This document shows, one piece after another, positions 30,351 through 40,247 of a DNA stretch of 64,000 nt. Numbering within the stretch: position 1 is the first letter of the stretch; the number at the start of each line of letters is the position of its first letter. The notes beneath the pieces are model-generated. The model saw only the letters and a list, made by a program, of their open reading frames with translations. It was not told the DNA's origin and did no database searches. The stretch lies in assembly GCA_963803805.1 (NCBI GenBank), contig CAWDOD010000003.1, positions 480,001 to 544,000 of the forward strand. The letters are read 5' to 3'. Origin of the DNA: an uncultured cyanobacterium. GTDB lineage: Bacteria; Cyanobacteriota; Cyanobacteriia; Cyanobacteriales; CAWCAG01. The translations under genes were made by a program, and so were the position numbers.

Positions 30351-30446
30351 ATGGAAAGCGTTGCTTACATTCTAGTTTTGACCCTTGCGCTAGGGGTACT
30401 TTTCTTTGCGATCGCCTTTCGGGAACCTCCCCGAATTGAGAAATAA
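30351..30446 (+). CDS. psbT: Photosystem II protein PsbT
   Basis: [31 protein letters not shown] from ATG 30351, directly after psbB. Confidence 0.97.
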   Translation: MESVAYILVLTLALGVLFFAIAFREPPRIEK

Positions 30447-30507
30447 GCGCTTCCCATTTATTTTAGTAAGATGGTGAATTGCTAAGCTTTATAGACCTTT
30501 TTGAGGT

Positions 30508-30575
30508 CCTGAGCCGAGGTTTTTTGTTAGTTCTCGAAAAAGAGAAATTGCAGAAAATGTGCGGCTCAGGTTTTT
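30508..30575 (+). terminator. Long hairpin plus U-tract between psbT and nrdR
   Basis: CCTGAGCCG...CGGCTCAGG followed by TTTTT. Confidence 0.65.
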
Positions 30576-30620
30576 GTATTTGATTACTAATACATCCATT
30601 TCCTTTCTTGGAATACGATA

Positions 30621-31157
30621 ATGCAGTGTCCTTCTTGCCAGCACACAGATAGCCGCGTCTTAGAATCTCGCTCTACAGAAGGGGGTCAAAGCGTAAGACG
30701 AAGACGGGAGTGCTTGCTGTGCAAAAATCGCTTCACTACCTACGAACGCATTGAGTTTGTACCAATAACAGTGCATAAAAGAGATGGAAGCAAGGAGTCT
30801 TTTGATCGGTCTAAGCTTTTGAGAGGTATTGTGAGAGCTTGTGAAAAAACGGCTGTTACCCATAGACAGACAGAAGCGCTAGTTGACGATATTGAAGCTC
30901 AGATTCAACAACGTTCTGAAAGAGAGATTGCTAGTTATGAAATTGGTGAGTTAGTACTCAAGTATCTGCGTCAAGAAAATGAAGTTGCTTATGTGCGTTT
31001 TGCTTCAGTATATCGCCAATTTCAAGGTATCAAAGATTTCGTCGAAACATTGAATCAACTCCAAAATGAAATCAACGATATCTCAGAAAGTTGGCACTCA
31101 GCACCATCAGAAACAACAAATAGTGATCTTTCTAACTCAATGATGACACCTTCTTAA
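30621..31157 (+). CDS. nrdR: Transcriptional repressor NrdR
   Basis: MQCPSC, RRRREC..C..RFTTYE, ATP-cone, [10 protein letters not shown]. Confidence 0.97.
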   Translation: MQCPSCQHTDSRVLESRSTEGGQSVRRRRECLLCKNRFTTYERIEFVPITVHKRDGSKESFDRSKLLRGIVRACEKTAVTHRQTEALVDDIEAQIQQRSEREIASYEIGELVLKYLRQENEVAYVRFASVYRQFQGIKDFVETLNQLQNEINDISESWHSAPSETTNSDLSNSMMTPS

Positions 31158-31533
31158 GAGCTAGCATCAACTTTTTACTTAAAAGATTAGTTATTTTGCA
31201 GTTACTTTTAAGTTACAATAGTTACTCTGTGTCCTTGGTTGGTTCACAACTTTTTGCTAAAAATATCTAACCTTGCATCCTGCCTTCAAAAAATACTTGA
31301 GCTTAGGTCTAAAATTATTAGCCAAAGCCATTCTCACAGAATCTCTAGGGAGGGATGTTGTTTTGTGATGGATAGCAAATATTTAGTTTGGCCTTGTTAG
31401 ATACTGTAGTAAGAATTCTATAACTAAAGGCATAATGAGAGTGATAGGTGCAGATCCTATTTAAGAAAGGTGAGCGTAAATCGCAATCAAGACAAAGTAA
31501 CTACGGAGATAACAACTAGGAATTTAAACGCAC

Positions 31534-32559
31534 ATGGTCAGTCAGCAAACAACTGTTAATAAAGATATTGGTTTTACTCATGAGGATTTTGCCGCCCTTT
31601 TAGACAAATACGACTATCACTTTAGTCCGGGAGATATTGTCGCTGGGACTGTATTTAGTATGGAACCAAGGGGCGCTTTGATTGACATTGGTGCGAAAAC
31701 TGCTGCCTATATCCCCATTCAAGAAATGTCAATTAACCGAGTTGACGATCCTACTGAAGTCTTGCAGTCTGATGAGACAAGGGAATTTTTCATTTTAACT
31801 GATGAGAACGAAGATGGGCAGTTAACCCTCTCTATTCGCCGCATAGAATATATGCGAGCTTGGGAGCGAGTTCGTCAACTCCAAAATGAAGATGCGACAG
31901 TACGCTCAGCCGTGTTCGCCACTAATAGAGGAGGAGCCTTAGTACGTATCGAAGGATTGCGAGGCTTTATCCCTGGCTCTCACATCAGTACGCGACAGCC
32001 AAAAGAAGATTTAGTCGCCCAGGAACTACCTCTTAAATTCTTGGAAGTCGATGAAGATCGTAATCGTTTAGTTCTCAGCCATCGTCGCGCTTTGGTAGAA
32101 CGGAAGATGAATGGTTTACAAGTAGGGGAAGTAGTTATTGGTTCTGTACGAGGAATCAAACCCTACGGAGCTTTCATCGATATTGGCGGTGTCAGTGGCT
32201 TGTTACACATCTCAGAAATATCTCACGATCATATCGATACTCCCCATAGTGTCTTTGGTGTCAATGATGAGTTGAAGGTGATGATTATTGATCTAGATGC
32301 AGAAAGGGGAAGAATTTCTCTTTCTACCAAGCAGCTAGAACCAGAACCTGGAGATATGCTCAAAAACCCCAACTTGGTTTTTGAAAAAGCCGAGGAGATG
32401 GCAGAAAAATATCGTCAAAAAATGCTTCAAAGTTCAGAACCAGAGCCAGAAGAGGTTGCAGAGCCAGAAGAGGTTGTAGAACCAGAGGTAGTTCTAGATA
32501 ATGATTCTGAGTCTGGAGAAAGTTCAACTGAAGAAGCAGTTGTAGCAGTAGAAGAGTAA
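31534..32559 (+). CDS. rps1: 30S ribosomal protein S1
   Basis: Three S1 domains (DIGAKTAAYIP, GLRGFIPGSH, GLLHISEIS) and an acidic tail. Confidence 0.97.
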   Translation: MVSQQTTVNKDIGFTHEDFAALLDKYDYHFSPGDIVAGTVFSMEPRGALIDIGAKTAAYIPIQEMSINRVDDPTEVLQSDETREFFILTDENEDGQLTLSIRRIEYMRAWERVRQLQNEDATVRSAVFATNRGGALVRIEGLRGFIPGSHISTRQPKEDLVAQELPLKFLEVDEDRNRLVLSHRRALVERKMNGLQVGEVVIGSVRGIKPYGAFIDIGGVSGLLHISEISHDHIDTPHSVFGVNDELKVMIIDLDAERGRISLSTKQLEPEPGDMLKNPNLVFEKAEEMAEKYRQKMLQSSEPEPEEVAEPEEVVEPEVVLDNDSESGESSTEEAVVAVEE

Positions 32560-32651
32560 CCATAATTAGCTTTTGAAATATTTCTACAATTAACGAGTAA
32601 CGAGTTAAGCTATGTTCTTGGTAACTATTAGAAATATCTAATCTTAAATGT

Positions 32652-32676
32652 GAGGGGGTTTTTCCCTCTTTTTTTT
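32652..32676 (+). terminator. Intrinsic terminator after rps1
   Basis: GAGGG-ggttttt-CCCTC followed by a T-run. Confidence 0.65.
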
Positions 32677-32708
32677 ATGCCTGTAAAATTTAGCAAGAGA
32701 AAAGCAAC

Positions 32709-33449
32709 ATGAGAACTATTCGCTGTCAGGATGTGATATTTACTAACATCAAAGCAATTATCTTTGATAAAGATGGTACTTTGGAAAATTCCCAAAACTT
32801 TTTGCGAGAACTAGGACAGAGAAGAGCGCGAATAGTTGATGCTCAAATTCCTGGTATTGGAGAACCCTTACTAATGGCTTTTGGTATTCTGGATGCTCAA
32901 CTAGATCCCACAGGTTTAATGGCTGTGGGGAGTCGGAAGGACAATGAAGTTGCTACAGCAGCTTATATTGCAGAAACTGGGAGAGGTTGGTTTGAATCTT
33001 TAGGAATTGCCCGTTCCGCTTTTCAAGAAGCAGAACGCTACCTGAAAAAAAATGCTAATACTTCTCCCCTCTTTACCGGTAGCTTGGAAGTGTTAAAATT
33101 CTTGGCGGAAGCTAATTTGAAGCTAGCAATTCTCTCTGCTGATTCTACTGTTGGAGTCAAAGCTTTTATAGAGAGTCACCAACTTTCTCCTTATATTCAA
33201 CTTGGTATGGGGGTAGAAAAGAGGGGCCAAGCAAGCCAGAATCCTACCCTATTTTTGCAAGCTTGTGATGGTTTAGGAGTAGAAGCAGCCCATACTTTAA
33301 TGATAGGTGATTCAGTAGGAGATATTGAAATGGCAACCAAAGCAGGAGCCGCGGGGACTATTGGTATTTGTTGGGGAGAACCTCAAACTGCTCATTTAGA
33401 AAAAGCTGATGTAGCGATCGCTAGTTTAGATGAGTTAGAAGTTGTTTAA
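32709..33449 (+). CDS. HAD-superfamily hydrolase
   Basis: IIFDKDGTL motif I and MIGDSVGD motif IV. Confidence 0.9.
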   Translation: MRTIRCQDVIFTNIKAIIFDKDGTLENSQNFLRELGQRRARIVDAQIPGIGEPLLMAFGILDAQLDPTGLMAVGSRKDNEVATAAYIAETGRGWFESLGIARSAFQEAERYLKKNANTSPLFTGSLEVLKFLAEANLKLAILSADSTVGVKAFIESHQLSPYIQLGMGVEKRGQASQNPTLFLQACDGLGVEAAHTLMIGDSVGDIEMATKAGAAGTIGICWGEPQTAHLEKADVAIASLDELEVV

Positions 33450-33587
33450 AACAATTTGGGGCTTACATATCTATCAGTTTGAGTTACAAACCCAAACCTA
33501 ATGATCATAGTAAGTCATAATACTATTACCTTTTCTTTCTCCCATCGCTTCTTTGCAAGACTTTAGCAATTGCTGACTCTCAAACTC

Positions 33588-33603
33588 ATAATCATTCTCA
33601 ATA
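33588..33603. promoter_or_regulatory. Putative Fur box upstream of fur (autoregulation)
   Basis: ATAATCATTCTCAATA resembles the Fur box (GATAATGATAATCATTATC) and lies about 75 bp upstream of fur. Confidence 0.5.
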
Positions 33604-33676
33604 AAAACTCATAGTTGCAAATAAATCTACTTCAAGATTATTATTGTCAATAAGTAGAGTTTTCTGAGAAAACATT

Positions 33677-34201
33677 ATGCCTCCATACACAGCCTCTTCT
33701 CTCAAAGCAGAATTAAATTCTCGCGGTTGGCGGATGACACCCCAACGGGAAAAAATTCTGCACTTATTCCAAAACCTTCCTAGAGGCAATCACTTAAGCG
33801 CCGAAGAAGTTTTCAATCTTCTTGACCAAAAAGGTGAACCCATTAGCCTATCAACTATTTATCGTAGCGTTAAATTGATGGCTCGTATGGGTATTTTACG
33901 AGAACTAGAACTAGCTGAAGGACACAAACATTATGAATTAAATCAACCCTATCCTCACCATCACCATCATATGGTTTGCATCCAATGCAATAAAACTACA
34001 GAATTCAAGAATGATTCTATTTTGAAGCAAAGTCTCAAACAGTCTCAAAGAGATGGTTTACAACTAATTGACTGTCAGTTAACAGTAATGACTATTTGCC
34101 CAGAAGCCTTACGCATGGGTTGGCCTTCTGGATTGCCTAGTAGCTGGTCTTGTTCCCGTGCCATTTCCGAAAGCGCCCCCCCCGACTTGGAAAGTGAATA
34201 A
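33677..34201 (+). CDS. fur: Ferric uptake regulator (FurA type)
   Basis: YTASSLKAELNSRGWRMTPQRE, HLSAEE, SLSTIYRS, HHHHHMVCIQC. Confidence 0.93.
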   Translation: MPPYTASSLKAELNSRGWRMTPQREKILHLFQNLPRGNHLSAEEVFNLLDQKGEPISLSTIYRSVKLMARMGILRELELAEGHKHYELNQPYPHHHHHMVCIQCNKTTEFKNDSILKQSLKQSQRDGLQLIDCQLTVMTICPEALRMGWPSGLPSSWSCSRAISESAPPDLESE

Positions 34202-34216
34202 GGGCAGTTATTAAAG

Positions 34217-34666
34217 CTACTGAGGTTTGGCAGACATTGCTAACTGGAAACCTAAAGCTTTTTTTTGCATGGTGCGGAAAATATTGTAAAAGCCATTGGC
34301 ACGAGAAGGCGTTAGGCTAACTTTTAAGCCTGTTTCTTCAATAAAATCAGGGGTTACTTGAACAATTTCTTCAGGAGGTAAACCATTTAGCCCTTGTATC
34401 AATAAAGCGACTAAACCCTTGACTAACTGAGCATCAGAATCTCCTTGATACAAGACTTTACCATCTTCTAAGTTAGCTGTAATATAAACCTGGGATACAC
34501 AGCCAGAGACTTTGTTTTCGGGGGTTTTATCTTCTTGGGGCATCTCCTCAAGCTTTTTGGCATACCAAAGAAGTTGTTCGTAACGTTGTTTAGGGTTAGA
34601 ACGTTTTTTGAAACGCTGCACGATACGGTCTAAATTTGCAGGTAAAGATGTTTGAGCAGATGACAT
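34217..34666 (-). CDS. sufE: SufE cysteine desulfurase activator
   Basis: NKVSGCVSQV, GDSDAQLVKGL, LTPSRANG. Confidence 0.95.
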   Translation of the reverse strand: MSSAQTSLPANLDRIVQRFKKRSNPKQRYEQLLWYAKKLEEMPQEDKTPENKVSGCVSQVYITANLEDGKVLYQGDSDAQLVKGLVALLIQGLNGLPPEEIVQVTPDFIEETGLKVSLTPSRANGFYNIFRTMQKKALGFQLAMSAKPQ

Positions 34667-34880
34667 AGTTTTACTAATTTACATTAAGAATAATCAATTT
34701 AGATCCTAACAAGAGTTATCCCAGCTTGAAACTGAATTTGTGAATATCAAAGCTTTATCTAGCTTGCTTTTTAACAAAAAACAAGAGTTAATAGCAAACT
34801 TTCTCAATAACTTCTTGAGATACAAGGCAGTCAATTTGTAACCAACTTATATAATGATAAATCTTCAAGGCTCAATGACT

Positions 34881-35948
34881 TCAATCGTCCATTTGCCAGG
34901 GTTCAGTAATAATATTCTCATCAATAATCTTCTTCGGTCGCAAAATTAATACCACTTGCCCCAAAATAGTTAAATCAGGAGCAGTTTCAAACCATTGCAA
35001 CTCAACCTTACCTTCTTTAGTAACAGCAAAATAACTGTTGACATCCCATTGGGTATTTTCCCTATCTACTACCACTAAAACCTGTTCTGGTTTGTTGGGT
35101 AACGATTGTGGTAAATCGTCGCTATTACAGAAAAAGCCCACAGGATCAGCAGCTTTTAGAACTACCTGCCAACCAGGAATAGGAACCAAAGCACTTTTAT
35201 TAGAGGGTTGTACTACTCGGAAAGGTTCAGTTTGTTTTAACTTGGGAATAGCTTGTAAATCTTCTACAGTTATGGGCATCACTCCCGCCACAGAGATAAT
35301 GCGGGGTAACTCTTCTTCTGACTCTAAACGATAAATAGGTAGTAAAGGAGCAGAAAGAGTAGGGACAACGGAAAAATCCCTCAATAGCTTCTCAATTTGC
35401 TCCCTTGCACCTTGGGTATTGGCAAATTTCAATCCCTGGGCAATTAACCGAGAACGATCTTGAAGATCTCTTTTTTGTCTGGCTCGTTTCCAACATTGAT
35501 AAGCGACGGCATCTCCAGCATCACGAGAAAAACCTTCCGGTAGCCGAAATAAGAGGAAAAATTCTTTAACAGCTTTAGCCGCATCCCTAGCTTCATTAAA
35601 ATCTAACTTCTTCTCCATAGCTAATTGCGCCACGGCGCTACGTTGTTCTTGATTGAGGATGCGTAACTCATAAAGAACATCGCTGCGAGGCCCAGTAAGG
35701 TATGACTTCAACTCCTCTGAGGCTCCCCCTTCAACAACGCTATCATAAACCTGAGCAGCAACGATAATTGTATTTTGCTGACTGCCTTGGAAACCTGTTT
35801 CCTCAAAAATCTTCTGGGAATTATAGCCCCCCTGTTGTAACTTCTGACAAGCTTTTCCCCAATCAACCCAATTACCTTCTTTTTGTAATAGAGATCGCAT
35901 CAATTGTTGAGCTTCTTGTTCAGAAAGTTGAGAATGAGGATGGTTCAT
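34881..35948 (-). CDS. raf1: RuBisCO accumulation factor 1
   Basis: KEGNWVDWG, IFEETGF, SDVLYELRIL, ILRPKKI, C-terminal WQMDD. Confidence 0.93.
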   Translation of the reverse strand: MNHPHSQLSEQEAQQLMRSLLQKEGNWVDWGKACQKLQQGGYNSQKIFEETGFQGSQQNTIIVAAQVYDSVVEGGASEELKSYLTGPRSDVLYELRILNQEQRSAVAQLAMEKKLDFNEARDAAKAVKEFFLLFRLPEGFSRDAGDAVAYQCWKRARQKRDLQDRSRLIAQGLKFANTQGAREQIEKLLRDFSVVPTLSAPLLPIYRLESEEELPRIISVAGVMPITVEDLQAIPKLKQTEPFRVVQPSNKSALVPIPGWQVVLKAADPVGFFCNSDDLPQSLPNKPEQVLVVVDRENTQWDVNSYFAVTKEGKVELQWFETAPDLTILGQVVLILRPKKIIDENIITEPWQMDD

Positions 35949-36102
35949 GGTATCAAGTCAAAAGTCAAAAGTCCCTCTTGAAATAATAACTGGTAATAGA
36001 TAAAAGCATCTTTACCTTAAGATTCGAGATACACTAGTAAGGAGCGTCACAGAGCGAGATATGGGCATAAACCCTCTCTATAATAAATTAAGGTTATCCT
36101 AA

Positions 36103-36957
36103 ATGGTCAGTGCAGGAATACAGAAATTAGCGAAAAGACCGATGCCGAAAAGACAGATGAGGCAGAAACAAAGAGTGCAAGACGGCGCACTAGGTCTGGT
36201 ATCAACTCGGAGTTTTCCTGCCATTGTAGGTACGGCTGATATGATGCTCAAATCAGCAGAAGTGTCGTTAGTTGGCTATGAGAAAATTGGTAGCGGTTAC
36301 TGCACTGCTATTGTTCGTGGCAAAACTGCTGATGTGCGTTTAGCAGTGGAAGAAGGGGCCAAGACAGCAGCGAAGTTTGGGCAGTTGATTTCTCAAATTG
36401 TCATACCTCGTCCCATGCCTAACCTAGAAGTTATTTTTCCCATCGATTCTCGCTTACTAGAAATTGCCCGACAGCAAGGTCATAGCAAATTAAGTAACCA
36501 AGCCCTGGGTTTACTAGAAACGAGGGGCTTTCCTGCTCTTGTGGGGGCTGCTGACGCGATGCTGAAAGCCGCAGATGTTCAGCTAGCAGCTTACGAAACC
36601 ATTGGTGATGGTTTATGTACAGCGATTATTAGGGGTTCTGTTTCTAATGTGGCGATCGCAGTGGATGCAGGAATGTATGAAGCAGAGCGCATCGGCGAGC
36701 TTAACTCTGTAATGGTTATTCCTAGACCATTAGAAGAATTAGAACACACCCTACCAATAGCTAGTTGTTGGATAGAGAAAAAAGCCCCCTTACCTTCTTT
36801 GTTACATAGGGTGAAAGAAGAAGAGAAAGAGTTGGTGGAAATTCCTGCTTTAGAAGAGTTATCTATTGCTGAGAAAATTGCTATTCCTAGAGAAACTGAG
36901 TTAGAGAAAGTTCCTCTTCCTAGAAAGATAGATGAACAAAATGAGGTTCAGAAGTAA
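36103..36957 (+). CDS. ccmO: Tandem-BMC carboxysome shell protein CcmO
   Basis: Two BMC domains (ALGLVSTRSFPAIVGTADMMLKSA and ALGLLETRGFPALVGAADAMLKAA) and an acidic C-terminal tail. Confidence 0.9.
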   Translation: MVSAGIQKLAKRPMPKRQMRQKQRVQDGALGLVSTRSFPAIVGTADMMLKSAEVSLVGYEKIGSGYCTAIVRGKTADVRLAVEEGAKTAAKFGQLISQIVIPRPMPNLEVIFPIDSRLLEIARQQGHSKLSNQALGLLETRGFPALVGAADAMLKAADVQLAAYETIGDGLCTAIIRGSVSNVAIAVDAGMYEAERIGELNSVMVIPRPLEELEHTLPIASCWIEKKAPLPSLLHRVKEEEKELVEIPALEELSIAEKIAIPRETELEKVPLPRKIDEQNEVQK

Positions 36958-37122
36958 GAGAAAAGTAGTTCTACAAGGTTATTTGTCTATTGATCTCTCA
37001 GTACTAACTGAATTTATTGCAATTTTTAGCAATAAAGCCATGGCATAAACATCTATTTTTACGTGTATTTGCAGTCTTTGAAGATTATTACTGATGCTAA
37101 TCAGCCTATCGGCTCTTTCTTC

Positions 37123-38979
37123 TTACTTAATTACTTCCCATTTCGGTCCATTTATAGTTTGTTGTAACTGCCATTTTGGGTAACCAGGAATGGTAATAGA
37201 AAGAATGCCACTGTCTAACTTTTCTTGTACATAGGGGCTATCTAAAACGGGTAAATTCTCTACAACCCTGTGTTTACCATTAATTTCTCCTTTACCAATA
37301 CCGCCTTCCTGGTGGTAAATTAAAGATAAGCGATCGCCTTGAAGACTGGTATAACTTAGCTTACCTAACTCGTTCCAAGAATTATCATCTATCTTAGTTT
37401 GATCCAAAGCTTTTTTTAGGACAGGAAGATCCTCATAATCAGCTACCCTAGCTACTTCAGTAATCCAAGCTGTTTCTTCCCCTTGAGCTACTAAAGCTTG
37501 ATAACCTTGGTACTTTTCTCCTAAATTGGTTAGAGAAAAAACTGTGTCTCCCCAAGGGCGGGCGCAAAGCCAAGTATTTTCTATCTTCCAAATATACCAA
37601 TCTCCGTAGCGTTGGGCTTTGCCGTAACGAAGGGGTAAAACTAATTGGGAACGGTTGGGAACTCCTGCGGCTTGATCTTGGGGATTTAGCCTCAATTGGT
37701 AAATGGTAGTTCCTTTTTCTTGTAAGTATTGATCTCCGGGGCTACTACCTTTGGCTAAGGGGCTAAAATAAGTTCCCCCTAAACTAATCACCGCATTATC
37801 TAACCCCTTGGGATCGCGAACTACTAGTTTATAAGTAGCATACTGAGCATTAATCGTACCTTCTTTATCATAGGAACGTTGCGGGTTGAGTAAAGTACCT
37901 AAACTGTAGTCTGGGGTGACATAAAAAGTTTCTTGAAAATAGTTGCTTTGGTGATAGCTGTAATAACTTGGATGACTAGCTACTACCGAAAATGGTAACG
38001 GGACTTCCTTACGGGCTAACTTGCTTAGTTGTGGAGGGGGGCGATAATCACTCAAAGCAGCAAACAGAGCAACTCTAGTATATTTATCTTTCATAGATTG
38101 AGCTGTGTTTACCTTATCTCCCCACCAAACCCAAGCTAAGGCACTTAACTCGCTTTCATCCCAAGTTCCCCGATCAAAACCCCGACTTTCTACCCCCCCT
38201 GCTGTTCCCCAACTGAGACGTAAAGCGGTGTTGGTGGCATACCAATCCAAAGCTGCTTTAGCTAGTTGTTTTAGTTCAGGAGTTTTCGCAAAATCATAGA
38301 GGTTAAGCAAACCACCAATGGAGTAACCATAATAAGTAGAGGAATGAAACTCTCCTTGCCCAATGGTTAAAAATTTATTCAACTCTGTACGCAACCAAGC
38401 TTCATTAGTAGCAGCTACAGCGGGACGTTCGTTAGGCCAACCGCTACCATCAATTAAAGCCAAACCAGAGATCCTTTGCATAAACATATGATTTTCTGTC
38501 CCCTGTTCATTCCACTCTGTAATACGGGGGGCAGCTAACATACTTTGGTAAGAAGCTTTAACCGACTCAGGCATTGTATCCCTGAACAGGAAGAAAATAC
38601 GAATATCGTAGGGGCTACGAAAATGATATAAGTCCGGTTGCCCTTCTTCTAATTGCAAGAGAATGGGCCAAATTTCTTGGTCGTCATACTTTTTTTCTAA
38701 ACTGAGGCGGGCTAAAATTACCGGAAGCAAGTATTTATGGGGTTCTCGAATATTATTTTCCTGCCACCACTCATTTAATTGTTGTAAATCCTCTGCCGCT
38801 ACTTTTTCAATCAAAGCCTGACTACGTTTTTGTATACCCGTTTCCTGTTCCTTAGCTGTAGATTTAACCTGTTCTAGCTTATAACTGCCAACAAGATTAT
38901 TTTGAAGGGTTTTCTCTTTGGCCGCACAACTAATTAAGGAGAAAAAAGCAATACATAAAATGATTGATTTGTGCTTCAT
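37123..38979 (-). CDS. Large hypothetical lipoprotein
   Basis: Lipobox LISC; 618 aa; GTENH and GEFHSSTYY motifs. Confidence 0.75.
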   Translation of the reverse strand: MKHKSIILCIAFFSLISCAAKEKTLQNNLVGSYKLEQVKSTAKEQETGIQKRSQALIEKVAAEDLQQLNEWWQENNIREPHKYLLPVILARLSLEKKYDDQEIWPILLQLEEGQPDLYHFRSPYDIRIFFLFRDTMPESVKASYQSMLAAPRITEWNEQGTENHMFMQRISGLALIDGSGWPNERPAVAATNEAWLRTELNKFLTIGQGEFHSSTYYGYSIGGLLNLYDFAKTPELKQLAKAALDWYATNTALRLSWGTAGGVESRGFDRGTWDESELSALAWVWWGDKVNTAQSMKDKYTRVALFAALSDYRPPPQLSKLARKEVPLPFSVVASHPSYYSYHQSNYFQETFYVTPDYSLGTLLNPQRSYDKEGTINAQYATYKLVVRDPKGLDNAVISLGGTYFSPLAKGSSPGDQYLQEKGTTIYQLRLNPQDQAAGVPNRSQLVLPLRYGKAQRYGDWYIWKIENTWLCARPWGDTVFSLTNLGEKYQGYQALVAQGEETAWITEVARVADYEDLPVLKKALDQTKIDDNSWNELGKLSYTSLQGDRLSLIYHQEGGIGKGEINGKHRVVENLPVLDSPYVQEKLDSGILSITIPGYPKWQLQQTINGPKWEVIK

Positions 38980-39226
38980 GGGCTTATGTGGAGGAAACTA
39001 AGAATGCTGGAAACTATAGAAATGTCTTCTAAGATAGCCCATTGGTAATAAGTTAAGGAATTAAACAAATGCTCAACCCCTAGTGATGAATAGTGTAAAA
39101 CTAGTAACAGAATTAACGAGATTATTACCCAGAGAAGGATTTTTGTGGTGTAATCTTACATAAGTAACTCAACAAGCTGAATCTATCCCCTTTTTTCGTA
39201 CCCTCGCAGACATTTGTACAATTCTC

Positions 39227-40051
39227 TTAACCTCTCACGGGTGCTTTGCTGGCAACATGAACAGCAGAAAGAAAAGAGAGTTGCACGCTATCTCCAAATT
39301 TTTCTAGCTTCTCCCGCAATCCGGCAAAGAGTAACTCTTCCGCTTGTGGCTCTAGTCCCCGATGGGTACTTAAAAGCTTGAGGTAGTCATCAATGCTATA
39401 GGTGACTTCACACGCAGTTTGCTCGACAACCAACTCTTTAAAACAATTAGAGTCTAAAATTTCTTGCTCAAACCCCCTCAAAATCTCCGCTTGAACTTCC
39501 GCACCGTCATATCGGGCAAATGAGGGAGCATAAGCTTGATACACTTCCTCAATCTCTTGGTAAACTTCGTATTTCGGTTCTGGGGTCAGATTCCATAGTA
39601 GAATAAGAAAACCGTTATCACATATTGCCGCTGCTGCCTTGGTATATCTAATTTCTGGTGATATCCAATGGAAGGCATTGGCTCCTAAAACGGCATTGAA
39701 CTGTTCTGCTTCTAGTTCCCACTCCTCAAATGAAGTATTGCAAATTGTAACTTTTGGATATTTATCGCAGTTGTTTTGTGCCAAATGACAAAAATCCTGG
39801 TTTGGCTCAATACACGTCATTGAAAAACCAAATTGAGCAAAAGCCACCGTCGCATTTCCTGGACCGCAACCAATCTCAAGAATCGATGCATCTGGGGAAA
39901 GTTGGGCTAAAGCCACAGACCGATCAATTAGTTCCTTTGGATAGTGCGGTCTTGCATTGTAATAAACATCAGCAACGGGAGAATACCAAGTCCTTCGTTG
40001 TTCCAAATCTATAGAAGCTCTGGCATTTATTTCTTGTCTAAAGTCTTGCAT
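39227..40051 (-). CDS. Class I SAM-dependent methyltransferase
   Basis: Y.NARPHYP, ILEIGCGPG, IEPN, AFHW. Confidence 0.9.
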   Translation of the reverse strand: MQDFRQEINARASIDLEQRRTWYSPVADVYYNARPHYPKELIDRSVALAQLSPDASILEIGCGPGNATVAFAQFGFSMTCIEPNQDFCHLAQNNCDKYPKVTICNTSFEEWELEAEQFNAVLGANAFHWISPEIRYTKAAAAICDNGFLILLWNLTPEPKYEVYQEIEEVYQAYAPSFARYDGAEVQAEILRGFEQEILDSNCFKELVVEQTACEVTYSIDDYLKLLSTHRGLEPQAEELLFAGLREKLEKFGDSVQLSFLSAVHVASKAPVRG

Positions 40052-40247
40052 AAGCTAGGGCGTGTCAGCTTTTGAGTCCAATTTCGTTTTAGAATCAGCA
40101 AGGGATCTGTCAAAATTTTTATTAAGGTTATTTTGAGTATTTTAACTGATTGACAAAAGGCACTTTATCTTACCTTCTCACGAATAAAGATAGCCTAACG
40201 TATTGAAAGATTTAACATTTACAATTTAGCTTGAAATTTGACATTAT

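Noticed and set aside
32437-32490. EPEEV repeats at the 3' end of rps1
   Set aside because: Ordinary low-complexity acidic tail
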